From: a virus
Strand: one strand, 5' to 3'
Virus record (IMG/VR): IMGVR_UViG_3300020204_000005
Length of the DNA stretch: 64,000 nucleotides
Made by a program: the position numbers and the translations under genes. The notes under the pieces were generated by a model. That model searched no databases. It was not told the DNA's origin and saw only the letters and a program-made list of their open reading frames with translations. Of this stretch, positions 1-8,916 are shown one piece after another (the first letter of the stretch is position 1; each line of letters starts with the position of its first letter).

Positions 1-1730
1 TTAAGAGAATTAAAGATAACTATTTCATCAATCCTGTTTAAGAATTCAGGTGCAAAAAACTTCTGTAATTCCTTCTTCAACAAGTCTCGTTTATATTCCT
101 CCTCAATATATGTATTGTTATTACTTTTAAATCCGACACCAGAACCAAAATCCTGTAATTTTTTAACTCCCAAATTAGATGTCATAATGATGACACAATT
201 TTTAAAATTAATCTTTCTACCAAGACCATCAGTAATATGACCATCATCTAAAACTTGTAATAGTGATGAAAAAATATCTTTATTCGCCTTTTCAATCTCA
301 TCAAATAAAATAACAGAGTACGGTTTATTTTTAACTTGTTCAGTTAGTTGTCCACCTTCATCATAACCTACATATCCTGGAGGTGCCCCGATTAATCTTG
401 AAATCGTATGTTTCTCTTGAAACTCCGACATGTCAACTCGAATTAAATTTTCTTCACTACCAAATATTTCTTTTGCTAATTGTTTTGCCAAATATGTTTT
501 ACCAACACCTGTGGACCCTAAGAAAATAAAAGAACCTATCGGTTTATTAGGGTCTTTAATACCTAATCTATTTCTTCTGATTGATTTTGCAATTTTAGAA
601 ACCGCTTCAGATTGACCAATAACTTTATTACCTAAACTCTCTTCTAATTTAGTCAATGATTGAGTCTCATCAGAATTTAATTTTGAAATCGGAATTTTAG
701 TCATGTTTGAAACTACTTCATAAACTAATTCGAGACTAACTTCTCGTTTTTGGTTTTGTAATTCAGATTCAAATTTTTTCTTTTCGGAGTCTAATTTATC
801 TAAAATTCGTCTTTCTTTATCTCTTAAATTTGCAGCCTCTTCGTAGTTTTGTTTTTTTACAACTTCAATTTTTTCTAATTTAATATCCTGAGCTTGTAAT
901 TTTAATTTTTCAATAATTTCAGGCATTTTTATATCAACTTGACTTCTTGCGCCAACCTCATCTATAATATCAAACGCTTTATCTGGAAATTCCCTATCTG
1001 TGATATACCGTTCAGCCAAATCAACACATAAGTTAAGTATTTCATCAGTATATGAGACTTTATGGTATGTCTCGTACTTGTCTTTTGCATGTTTTAAAAT
1101 CTCTAAAGTTTCTTGTTTTGTTGCAGAATCAACAATTACTTTTTGAAATCTCCTTTCTAATGCTCCGTCCTTCTCGAAATTTTTTCGATATTCATCAAGT
1201 GTTGTGGCACCAATACATTGTATTTCACCTCTCGCTAATGCGGGTTTAAATATATTTGACGCATCCAAGGAACCTGAAGAATTACCAGCACCAACTATTG
1301 TATGAATTTCATCTATGAATACAATAATATTTGAATTGTTTTGAAGTTCATCAATTATTACTTTCATTCTTTCCTCAAACTGACCTCGGTATTTTGTACC
1401 TGCAACAATTGAGGTCATATCTAATGATACAATTCTTTTATCAGTTAAGTTTCTTGGACATTCCCCATTGAATATCTTAATAGCTAATCCTTCGGCAATT
1501 GCAGTTTTACCACAACCTGGTTCGCCAATAATGATTGGGTTATTCTTTTTTCTTCTTGAAAGAATTTGTGCAATTCTTGTTATCTCACGTTCTCTACCAA
1601 TTACAGGGTCTAATTTACCTTCTTCCGCTAACTTTATTAAATCTCTACTAAAATTGTCCAAAACAGGTGTCGGGGAATTCTCGTTACCTTTACCTTTGTT
1701 TTGGTTACTACCATCCTTAGATTCTATCAT
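1..1730 (-). CDS. clpC: ClpC/ClpA-type AAA+ chaperone lacking the N-terminal domain (runs off window start)
   Basis: My own minus-strand translation from ATG at 1730: MIESKDG...LDPVIGREREI...RRKKNNPIIIGEPGCGKT (Walker A1), UVR-like coiled coil (KKQNYEEAANLRDKE), GSFIFLGSTGVGKT (Walker A2), GVGF loop at 129-137, FAPEFLNRIDE. Not in the ORF track because it has no stop inside the window. Confidence 0.92.
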   Translation of the reverse strand, partial: MIESKDGSNQNKGKGNENSPTPVLDNFSRDLIKLAEEGKLDPVIGREREITRIAQILSRRKKNNPIIIGEPGCGKTAIAEGLAIKIFNGECPRNLTDKRIVSLDMTSIVAGTKYRGQFEERMKVIIDELQNNSNIIVFIDEIHTIVGAGNSSGSLDASNIFKPALARGEIQCIGATTLDEYRKNFEKDGALERRFQKVIVDSATKQETLEILKHAKDKYETYHKVSYTDEILNLCVDLAERYITDREFPDKAFDIIDEVGARSQVDIKMPEIIEKLKLQAQDIKLEKIEVVKKQNYEEAANLRDKERRILDKLDSEKKKFESELQNQKREVSLELVYEVVSNMTKIPISKLNSDETQSLTKLEESLGNKVIGQSEAVSKIAKSIRRNRLGIKDPNKPIGSFIFLGSTGVGKTYLAKQLAKEIFGSEENLIRVDMSEFQEKHTISRLIGAPPGYVGYDEGGQLTEQVKNKPYSVILFDEIEKANKDIFSSLLQVLDDGHITDGLGRKINFKNCVIIMTSNLGVKKLQDFGSGVGFKSNNNTYIEEEYKRDLLKKELQKFFAPEFLNRIDEIVIFNSL

Positions 1731-1800
1731 ACTAATACGTTTTCAAAAAATATAATATTTAATTTACTATTTTCAACTCAATTAAAATATATTTATGAAT

Positions 1801-2139
1801 ATGAGTATAAGGAAACATTATAGTAAATACGTTGAAACTTTAAAAGCCGATAATGACTTATTGGAGACTTATAGAGATTTAAGAAGAGCGTTTCAAAGAG
1901 AAGGGTGGACAGAGAAAGATTTACAAAATCCTCCTTATTATCCAAACGATATCATGAGAAATTTTCAAAATTTTAGTATCCTAAGAGATAAATTATTTTC
2001 TGAGTTAAGAAGTTTCTTTGATATTGACCATAATGAATTTGTAGATTATCTTCAAGATAAACTTAAAATAATAAATTTAGAAATACCATTAGAAGATGGC
2101 AATATTGAAAGAGGAAATCAAGGGGACGAAGATTATTAA
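1801..2139 (+). CDS. hypothetical protein
   Basis: ORF track 1795..2139; second ATG (1801) chosen because the TATTTAT motif overlaps the first. Confidence 0.55.
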   Translation: MSIRKHYSKYVETLKADNDLLETYRDLRRAFQREGWTEKDLQNPPYYPNDIMRNFQNFSILRDKLFSELRSFFDIDHNEFVDYLQDKLKIINLEIPLEDGNIERGNQGDEDY

Positions 2140-2338
2140 TGAAGTCCAATCATCAAATTTAGTTAAGACTGAATATGATACCGAAACAAAAAAATTGGTT
2201 GTTGAATTTAAAAACGGCTCTAAATACGAGTATGATGAAGTACCTCATCAAATTTATACTCAATTTAGATTATCCGAGTCACAAGGTAAATTTTTTACAA
2301 GCAAAATTTCAAAAACCTTTAAATACAAAAAATTATGA
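2096..2338 (+). CDS. KTSC-domain protein
   Basis: VQSSNLVKTEYD...LVVEFKNGSKYEYDEVP..IY..F..SESQGKFF matches the KTSC pattern. Confidence 0.85.
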   Translation: MAILKEEIKGTKIINEVQSSNLVKTEYDTETKKLVVEFKNGSKYEYDEVPHQIYTQFRLSESQGKFFTSKISKTFKYKKL

Positions 2339-2345
2339 TATTTAT
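2339..2345 (+). promoter_or_regulatory. TATTTAT putative late-promoter motif (one of about 17 gene-proximal copies)
   Basis: Also at 1790, 4718, 8896, 10684, 10856, 12702, 14186, 15297, 19508, 22324, 42652, 58207, 60108 (+) and 26172, 30256, 42632 (-), nearly all within about 35 nt of a start codon. Confidence 0.55.
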
Positions 2346-2350
2346 GGGTA

Positions 2351-4690
2351 ATGAGCAATTTACAATCTATCTTAAAAAGTTTTAATTTAAAAGACAATCT
2401 TAACCCAAAGATATGGGTTAATCCAAAATCTTCAAATACAAAAATGGTCCCTAAAGTTAGAGAGACCCTGTTAGAGATTGCTAATGATTTTATAGAATTT
2501 TTAGATGTTGATATTATAGTGTCTGATGTTGTAATGACAGGTTCATTGGCCAATTATAATTGGTCTAACTATTCTGATGTCGACATCCACATAATTGTTG
2601 ATTTTAGTCAATTTCCTGAAAATGTAAAAACTTTATACGAAGAGTTGTTCTACTTAAAAAAAGCAATTTACGGTAATAAACAAAATATTAAAATTTTTGG
2701 GTATGACGTTGAGCTTTATGTTGAGGATGAGAATATTGAAAAGGATGTAAAGAACATTGCAATCTACTCAATATTATATGATGAATGGAAAAGTTCACCT
2801 AAAAAAGATTTAGTTAATATTAATAAAACCAATGTAACTGAAAAAGCTAAACAATGGATGAGAATAATCGATGGTGTTGCGGAAAACATACAAGACGAGG
2901 ATATTGACACCGCAAAATCATTAATCAAAAAATACGTTAATAAAATCAGAAAATATAGAGAATGTGGTTTAGAGTCTGGTGGGGAATATTCTGATGAAAA
3001 TCTTGTATTTAAAATATTGAGAAGAAATGGTTACCTTGAGAAAATTAAAAGTATGAAAAATAAATTGGTCGATAAAAGATTATCCTTAAAAGAAGCGACG
3101 ACAACCATCGGTGGTAAATTTAAAGTAGACATTGAAAATGGTCCATCTAACCATGGTAAACGAGCCTTTGGTAATTGGCAATCGGATAATGCTTGGGATA
3201 TATTCGCCCCTGCAGGTACTGTGGTTAATTCATATACTGAAGGTACCGTAATAAAAATAAGGGACACAGGTAAAAATTCAGGTAAAGTATTTGGTACACA
3301 AGTCTCAATAACAGGGACTAATGGATATCCTGATATTTTTTATACTCACCTGAAGAATGTAAAATTACAAAAGGGCGATAAAGTTAAAGTGGGTGATGTT
3401 ATTGGGCTTATATCTGAATGGGTCGGTCATGATAATATGACTCACGTTCATATTGGATTACCAAGAGGAAAACATTTAAGAGATTTATTAAAGAATTCAG
3501 ATAAAATATTTGTTGGTTCTGCAGGTGGAAGTGGAAAAACTGTTCCACCACCATCAGACGATTCTTTACCATTAAAAAGAGATAGTGAGATAGATAAAAA
3601 AATAGTAGATTCTGCAAATGAATTGATTAAAGATAATTCTGAGTTTGCTAATACTAAAAAAGAAAATGTTATCACAACTTTAGAAAATGCCGAAGAAGGA
3701 AAAAATAAAATTTTAAGTGAGTTTTATAAATTAGTACAATCTAAAAAAGAACTCAAAAATCTTAAAGGTGTTGAATCAACAATCCCTGTTGACAGAGGAG
3801 TTGAATTACTTCAAATAGCACTACAGTTTTTAGGGTTCCTATTACCTAAATGGGGTGTTGATGGTAAATTTGGAAATGAAACTGAAATAGCGGTTAAAGA
3901 CTTCCAAAAGAAATACAAATTGGATGGGGATGGAACTATGTCAAGTGAAGACTTAACAAAATTATTTTCCATTTTAGTTTTAAAAGATTTTAACGATTCT
4001 AATATGTCATCAATTGAAAAAGATGAAGACCCAAATTTAACAAATGATTCTAAAGTGATGGGGAATGTTAAAATAGTTGGTAGTTATAATAGTTCACAAA
4101 AAAATATTATTTCATCATTAATTGATGAAATGAAAAGAGTGGGTATTACTGATTCTTACGCTCAAATAGGTATTTTATCGGTTATTGACAAAGAGAGTAA
4201 TTTTAAAAGTTTTAAAGAAGTTGGTTATTGTGGGACTTCAGATAGTAGAATTGTTAGTATCTTTGGTAACAAAAGAGGTAACATGTGTAAATCTCTTAAA
4301 TGTAATGACGCGAAATTTTTTGATTGTCTTTACGGATATAAATCAGGTTTAAGTTTAGGAAACGACCAACCTGGTGATGGATGGAAATATGTTGGTAGAG
4401 GTCTTAATGGTCTTACAGGTAAAGCAAATTATCGTAAATACGGTGGAATGGTTGGAGTGGATTTAGTATCTAATCCTGAGTTAATGGAAGACCCTAAAAT
4501 TGCTGCTAAAGTTGCAATTACATATTTTACTAAAGGTAAATCAGCAAGTTCTCTCCCTAAATTTAAATCAAAAGAAGATTCAGTTAACTACTTTGCGGAT
4601 TTAAATGCTGGTAGGAGGAACTCTTCATTTGGTAGAGGTGCTGCAATTGTGTCATCTAAAAAATTTGACGTAGATAATAATATCACCTAA
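2351..4690 (+). CDS. Fusion protein: Pol-beta-type nucleotidyltransferase + M23-like peptidase + peptidoglycan-binding domain + GH19-like lysozyme
   Basis: GS..DxD motif (TGSLANYNWSNYSDVDIH); M23 motifs (WDIFAPAGT, YTHL, HVH); PG-binding (LQIALQFLG..GVDGKFGNETEIAVKDFQ); GH19 (GNDQPGDGWKYVGRGLNGLTGKANY). Confidence 0.8.
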   Translation: MSNLQSILKSFNLKDNLNPKIWVNPKSSNTKMVPKVRETLLEIANDFIEFLDVDIIVSDVVMTGSLANYNWSNYSDVDIHIIVDFSQFPENVKTLYEELFYLKKAIYGNKQNIKIFGYDVELYVEDENIEKDVKNIAIYSILYDEWKSSPKKDLVNINKTNVTEKAKQWMRIIDGVAENIQDEDIDTAKSLIKKYVNKIRKYRECGLESGGEYSDENLVFKILRRNGYLEKIKSMKNKLVDKRLSLKEATTTIGGKFKVDIENGPSNHGKRAFGNWQSDNAWDIFAPAGTVVNSYTEGTVIKIRDTGKNSGKVFGTQVSITGTNGYPDIFYTHLKNVKLQKGDKVKVGDVIGLISEWVGHDNMTHVHIGLPRGKHLRDLLKNSDKIFVGSAGGSGKTVPPPSDDSLPLKRDSEIDKKIVDSANELIKDNSEFANTKKENVITTLENAEEGKNKILSEFYKLVQSKKELKNLKGVESTIPVDRGVELLQIALQFLGFLLPKWGVDGKFGNETEIAVKDFQKKYKLDGDGTMSSEDLTKLFSILVLKDFNDSNMSSIEKDEDPNLTNDSKVMGNVKIVGSYNSSQKNIISSLIDEMKRVGITDSYAQIGILSVIDKESNFKSFKEVGYCGTSDSRIVSIFGNKRGNMCKSLKCNDAKFFDCLYGYKSGLSLGNDQPGDGWKYVGRGLNGLTGKANYRKYGGMVGVDLVSNPELMEDPKIAAKVAITYFTKGKSASSLPKFKSKEDSVNYFADLNAGRRNSSFGRGAAIVSSKKFDVDNNIT

Positions 4691-4757
4691 ATAAATCGAT
4701 AATTAAGTTAAACGATATATTTATAAATAAAATAATTTAAACAAAAACAAAAATAAA

Positions 4758-6113
4758 ATGGGAAATTTGAGACCAATTGGTAGTGAAAAACTACAAGGAA
4801 TGGACAAAATAAATCGTATTTTACAAATAGCGAAATATAATGAGCATATCCCAACTCCAATCAATGAGAATAAATCTTTGGAGTATCAAAAAACATTATC
4901 AGATGGTAATACATATGTTATTGTAAAGGAGAATAATGGTTACATAATTAAAAAGGGGTTGAATGAATCGGTTGCTGATTATATGGAATCAATGAAAGAT
5001 AGAAAATACTACCCATCATATTCTCAAGCTCTTAAGAGATTAAACATTATGGCCAAGGAAATTAATTCTTCTGAAGGTTATATTAAAAATATTTCTTTAT
5101 TTGAAAGTGAGGATGATGTGGAAGAAAAATATTTTCTTAAGTTAGATGGTGGTGAAACTAATGAACAGGATGTTCCCGCTCCTGCTCCTGCACCCGCACC
5201 CGCTCCTGCACCCGCTCCTGCACCCGCTCCTGAAGCACCTGTAGATGCTGATATGGGAGGTGCTGATATGCCAGATGAAGAACCTGAAGATGACATGGAT
5301 ATGCCAGATGAAGAACCTGAAGATGATGAAGATGTTACGTTTAAAATGATTCAAAAACTAACAGGTAAATTGGCTCAAAAAATTAGAACTTTTATGGAAG
5401 ACGAAGAAAATGAAATGTCTTCTAAAGATATTAAATATGTAATTAACTCCGTAGTTTCCGCAATTGATTTAGATTCATTAGAAGATGACGATTTAGATGA
5501 AATTATTTCTAAATTAGAAGGTGAAGAAGAAGGTGAAGAAGAAGGTGAAGAAGAAGGTGAAGAAGGTGGTGAACCAATGCCGTCACCTGAAATGCCGTCA
5601 CCTGAAGTGGCTCCCGCACCTCCAGCGGCACCTGCGACGGGTGAAGTTGCCGAGTATGATGACTTAGACGATGGTAAAGAATTTGTTGATGATATTTTTA
5701 GTGAAGAGGAAGATTATGAAAATTACGGTAAAAATCGTGGTTATAGAGGTAAGAAACACAGGTTTACAGAACTTGGAGAAGATGAGTCAGGTGCGGTAGA
5801 AGGAATGATTGAAGGTTTATTTAGTGAGTCTAAAGTCGACAACATTTTGAAAAAATATTTTAGAGTTGATGAAAAGGAGAGAGTTATCTTAGAAGAAAAG
5901 AAAAAACAAAAAAGTGTTTTAGCTGAAAAAACAAATAAAAATATTGTTAGGATTAAAAATTTATCTGAGACAGTTGCTCAAGAGATATCATCAAGTAAGT
6001 TAATTAAAAAATACCCAAATTTAAAGTTTGTTGGAAAGTCACAACAAAATAATTTAATATTTGAGAATAATAGTAGAAGAATTAAAGTAACTCCTAAAGG
6101 AAGTATTTTATGA
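4758..6113 (+). CDS. Acidic, low-complexity putative prohead/internal head protein
   Basis: 451-aa ORF with (AP)n, EEEG and MPDEEPEDD repeats and several I/L-x-E sites; sits upstream of terminase. Confidence 0.6.
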   Translation: MGNLRPIGSEKLQGMDKINRILQIAKYNEHIPTPINENKSLEYQKTLSDGNTYVIVKENNGYIIKKGLNESVADYMESMKDRKYYPSYSQALKRLNIMAKEINSSEGYIKNISLFESEDDVEEKYFLKLDGGETNEQDVPAPAPAPAPAPAPAPAPAPEAPVDADMGGADMPDEEPEDDMDMPDEEPEDDEDVTFKMIQKLTGKLAQKIRTFMEDEENEMSSKDIKYVINSVVSAIDLDSLEDDDLDEIISKLEGEEEGEEEGEEEGEEGGEPMPSPEMPSPEVAPAPPAAPATGEVAEYDDLDDGKEFVDDIFSEEEDYENYGKNRGYRGKKHRFTELGEDESGAVEGMIEGLFSESKVDNILKKYFRVDEKERVILEEKKKQKSVLAEKTNKNIVRIKNLSETVAQEISSSKLIKKYPNLKFVGKSQQNNLIFENNSRRIKVTPKGSIL

Positions 6114-6520
6114 GTTATTTAATTTATGTAAATGAATTAGGTGCAAATTATAAAGGGGAAACAACTTATGAATTCATTTTCTCCGATAATTTGGAAAATG
6201 TATGGGGAGATTCTTGGGAATCAAAACCATCGAATGGTTACCCATCTCCACCCGATTTAGATTACATAGAAAAAGTTGGAGTTTTGAAGACAGATAAGAC
6301 AACATTATCAGTTATTCAAAACTCTGATTACTTTTCAATGGTTGACGCAATTGATAGAGTTATAGCGTTGGCGTGGGAAGATGAAAACGAAACAACCAAT
6401 TTTGACTTAGTTAAAAGATTGGTATTTAGTTTTGGTCAAACTGAAGACTCCGTAAAAGATAAATTATATGAACGAGATTTCGTTCTTGAATTTGAGAAGA
6501 AAGTGGTTTATGAAAAATAA
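6110..6520 (+). CDS. hypothetical protein
   Basis: ORF track; ATGA overlap with the upstream stop. Confidence 0.7.
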   Translation: MSYLIYVNELGANYKGETTYEFIFSDNLENVWGDSWESKPSNGYPSPPDLDYIEKVGVLKTDKTTLSVIQNSDYFSMVDAIDRVIALAWEDENETTNFDLVKRLVFSFGQTEDSVKDKLYERDFVLEFEKKVVYEK

Positions 6521-7496
6521 TAAAAAAATACTATCTTTGTTAAACCATGGGTTTAAAGGTTCGTTACTTAATACGCTAAACGAAGCTCAAATCAATTCAA
6601 TGTATAGTAGATTAGTTGAAAATAAAAAAGAAACTAAAGAACAACAAATTGTAAACACTCAAACAATGGTTTTTGATTCTTCTAAAGAAGACCAAAAGGC
6701 TAAATTAAATCAAATGTTAAAAGACCCTTCTAAATTACAAGGTCAAAACATAGAAGTTAAAGAAGATGAAGAATCAGATATTAATTGGGGATTAACAGGT
6801 CATGACCAAGAACCAATTCAAAAAGGACCTACAGGTGACGGGGACCCAAATTCAATCCAAGAGAAAGAATTAATGGAAAAATTCGTATCTAAAAAACAAC
6901 AAAAATATTTTTTTGCGAAATGTGGTGATGGAAAAACAAAAGAAGAAAAAAAATGGTGTAAAATGGCTGAAGAATTTGCGGAAAAAACAAATTTTAAAAA
7001 ACTACCTAAAACTAAAAAGAAAGAAACCAAAGAAGAATTCACCATGAAAAATTATTTGGATAAAGTGGGTAGTGCTTATGCAAATAACATGAAAGGACAA
7101 TTAAGTAAAATGGCAAAAGAAAGTATCAATAAAAAAGAGTTAGAAAAAGGTATTATGTCTTTGGTTGAAAAACATATTACACCTAAAATGAGTAAAAGGG
7201 ATTTACTAAATTTGGTTTTTGAACAAGGAACTAAAGAAAAGGAGAGAACTAAGGAAAAAGAAAAAACTAAAAGCCCTGAACGTGATAATCCGTATGCTCC
7301 TAAACCTGGACCAAAGAAAAGTCCAAAAGCGGGAGATACCAAGATTGCACCTCCAATACCTAAAACACCTACAAAACCTGGTAAACCTGATACAAATACC
7401 CCATATAACCCTAAAGTTAAACCCGCACCAAAAGCTGACAAGGGAAAACTACCTAATTGGTTGACATTTGATGCTATTGGAATTAATCTAAAATAA
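6510..7496 (+). CDS. Hypothetical, K/E-rich with Pro/Lys tail (putative head-associated)
   Basis: ORF track 6468..7496; start moved to MKNNKK at 6510 to reduce overlap. Confidence 0.65.
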   Translation: MKNNKKILSLLNHGFKGSLLNTLNEAQINSMYSRLVENKKETKEQQIVNTQTMVFDSSKEDQKAKLNQMLKDPSKLQGQNIEVKEDEESDINWGLTGHDQEPIQKGPTGDGDPNSIQEKELMEKFVSKKQQKYFFAKCGDGKTKEEKKWCKMAEEFAEKTNFKKLPKTKKKETKEEFTMKNYLDKVGSAYANNMKGQLSKMAKESINKKELEKGIMSLVEKHITPKMSKRDLLNLVFEQGTKEKERTKEKEKTKSPERDNPYAPKPGPKKSPKAGDTKIAPPIPKTPTKPGKPDTNTPYNPKVKPAPKADKGKLPNWLTFDAIGINLK

Positions 7497-7497
7497 G

Positions 7498-8841
7498 ATG
7501 AGTGTTAATTATAAAATGGAAAAAATATTAAGAGCAAAAACTAATTTAGAAAAAAAATTAGTTAGAGAAGGTTTAACTTATAATGAGAAATCATTATTAA
7601 ATGAAATCAAAAAAAGTTTAACTGAGGCACCCATAGATTATGAAGGTCCTGAAAGAATGGGTCAGGATGTTGAGAGAAAAATAACACAGAGAGAGACTCC
7701 ATTTCATGGTCACCCCGCAATACCTCAAGAACAAAGAGATTTTATCGAGGTGATTGCATCAAAAAGATTTAAAGACTCAGTTGATAAAGTAAGAAGATTT
7801 TTAGGTAATACCCAACCTCTACAAGGACCAAACTCTTTTATGAACTTGATGATGATGGGTATGCAATCATTACAACAAATTTCATCTATTGAATCAAGAA
7901 ATAAACAAAGACTTGAAGAATTAGCGGTTGAGTTGGTTAAAAAAGAAATGGGGATTCCTGAAGGAGCTTTACAATTCGACGCCGAATTAGTTAGTGGACC
8001 TATGAGTGCCGCTCAAGGGATGCAAACCCAATCACAAAATCCTTCTGAAGATGAGATTAAAGATGCTTTTAAAGAAGGTGAAGAACATACCGAAGATTTA
8101 TTAAACTTTGTAGATGAGTTCGAAAAATTCAATTTAGAGAAAGCAAAAAGACGATTTATAAATTCTTTAATACAAGGTGCGGCGTTCAAGGGTGGACACA
8201 TGTATGTCTTGGCGGCTGATGAAATAAACAATATTGACCCAAGATTATTACAGATGTATGGTGTTAACCAATCATTAATGGAACATCTATATTGGGTTTT
8301 CCCTGATATGGAAAATATGGCGGGTTCGGGAGGTGGACAATTAGGTCAAAGTGAAATTGATGATGAGACCGACCCACCAACAGTAAAGGCTAGGGCAGGT
8401 ACTTTTCCGTTATTAATTCATGAATTGGTAAAAGGTGTTTATGAAGTATTTGGTACTCACGGATTACCTGATGACCCAAGACAACAAGAAATGGTTATGG
8501 GTTCTGAAGATACATTACCTGCTGAGATTTGGGATTCAAGATTAGGACCTATTTTTTGGGAAAAATTTGTTGCGACATACCCGATAGAATTATTCGAGGA
8601 TGATATGAAACACATCCAACATTATCTATTTATGAGATTTTCTAAATTAGATGCGAATGAATTCTTTAGAGTTGCCAAACTTATATTACAAGGAGACCCT
8701 AAAGGACAACAATTCATTCAAAGGATGGTTGATGAAATAGTTTCAGAATTAAAAAAACAAGAATATGAAAGAAGTATGAATCAATATGACGATGACGATG
8801 ATGATTATGACGATATCGACCTTTCACAATTAGGATTATAA
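7498..8841 (+). CDS. hypothetical protein (putative head-associated)
   Basis: 447-aa ORF; LTE|A site near the N-terminus; followed by a terminator. Confidence 0.7.
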   Translation: MSVNYKMEKILRAKTNLEKKLVREGLTYNEKSLLNEIKKSLTEAPIDYEGPERMGQDVERKITQRETPFHGHPAIPQEQRDFIEVIASKRFKDSVDKVRRFLGNTQPLQGPNSFMNLMMMGMQSLQQISSIESRNKQRLEELAVELVKKEMGIPEGALQFDAELVSGPMSAAQGMQTQSQNPSEDEIKDAFKEGEEHTEDLLNFVDEFEKFNLEKAKRRFINSLIQGAAFKGGHMYVLAADEINNIDPRLLQMYGVNQSLMEHLYWVFPDMENMAGSGGGQLGQSEIDDETDPPTVKARAGTFPLLIHELVKGVYEVFGTHGLPDDPRQQEMVMGSEDTLPAEIWDSRLGPIFWEKFVATYPIELFEDDMKHIQHYLFMRFSKLDANEFFRVAKLILQGDPKGQQFIQRMVDEIVSELKKQEYERSMNQYDDDDDDYDDIDLSQLGL

Positions 8842-8860
8842 AATACAAAACAACAAAAAT

Positions 8861-8893
8861 AAACCCTCATTTATTAAATTAAGTGAGGGTTTT
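8861..8893. terminator. Rho-independent terminator-like hairpin
   Basis: AAACCCTCA...TGAGGGTTT inverted repeat between ORF 7498..8841 and terminase. Confidence 0.6.
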
Positions 8894-8916
8894 AATATTT
8901 ATAGTAAAATAGTTTT

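Noticed and set aside
430-1755. Plus-strand ORFs 430..615, 1052..1249 and 1468..1755
   Set aside because: Antisense to clpC; no independent coding signal.
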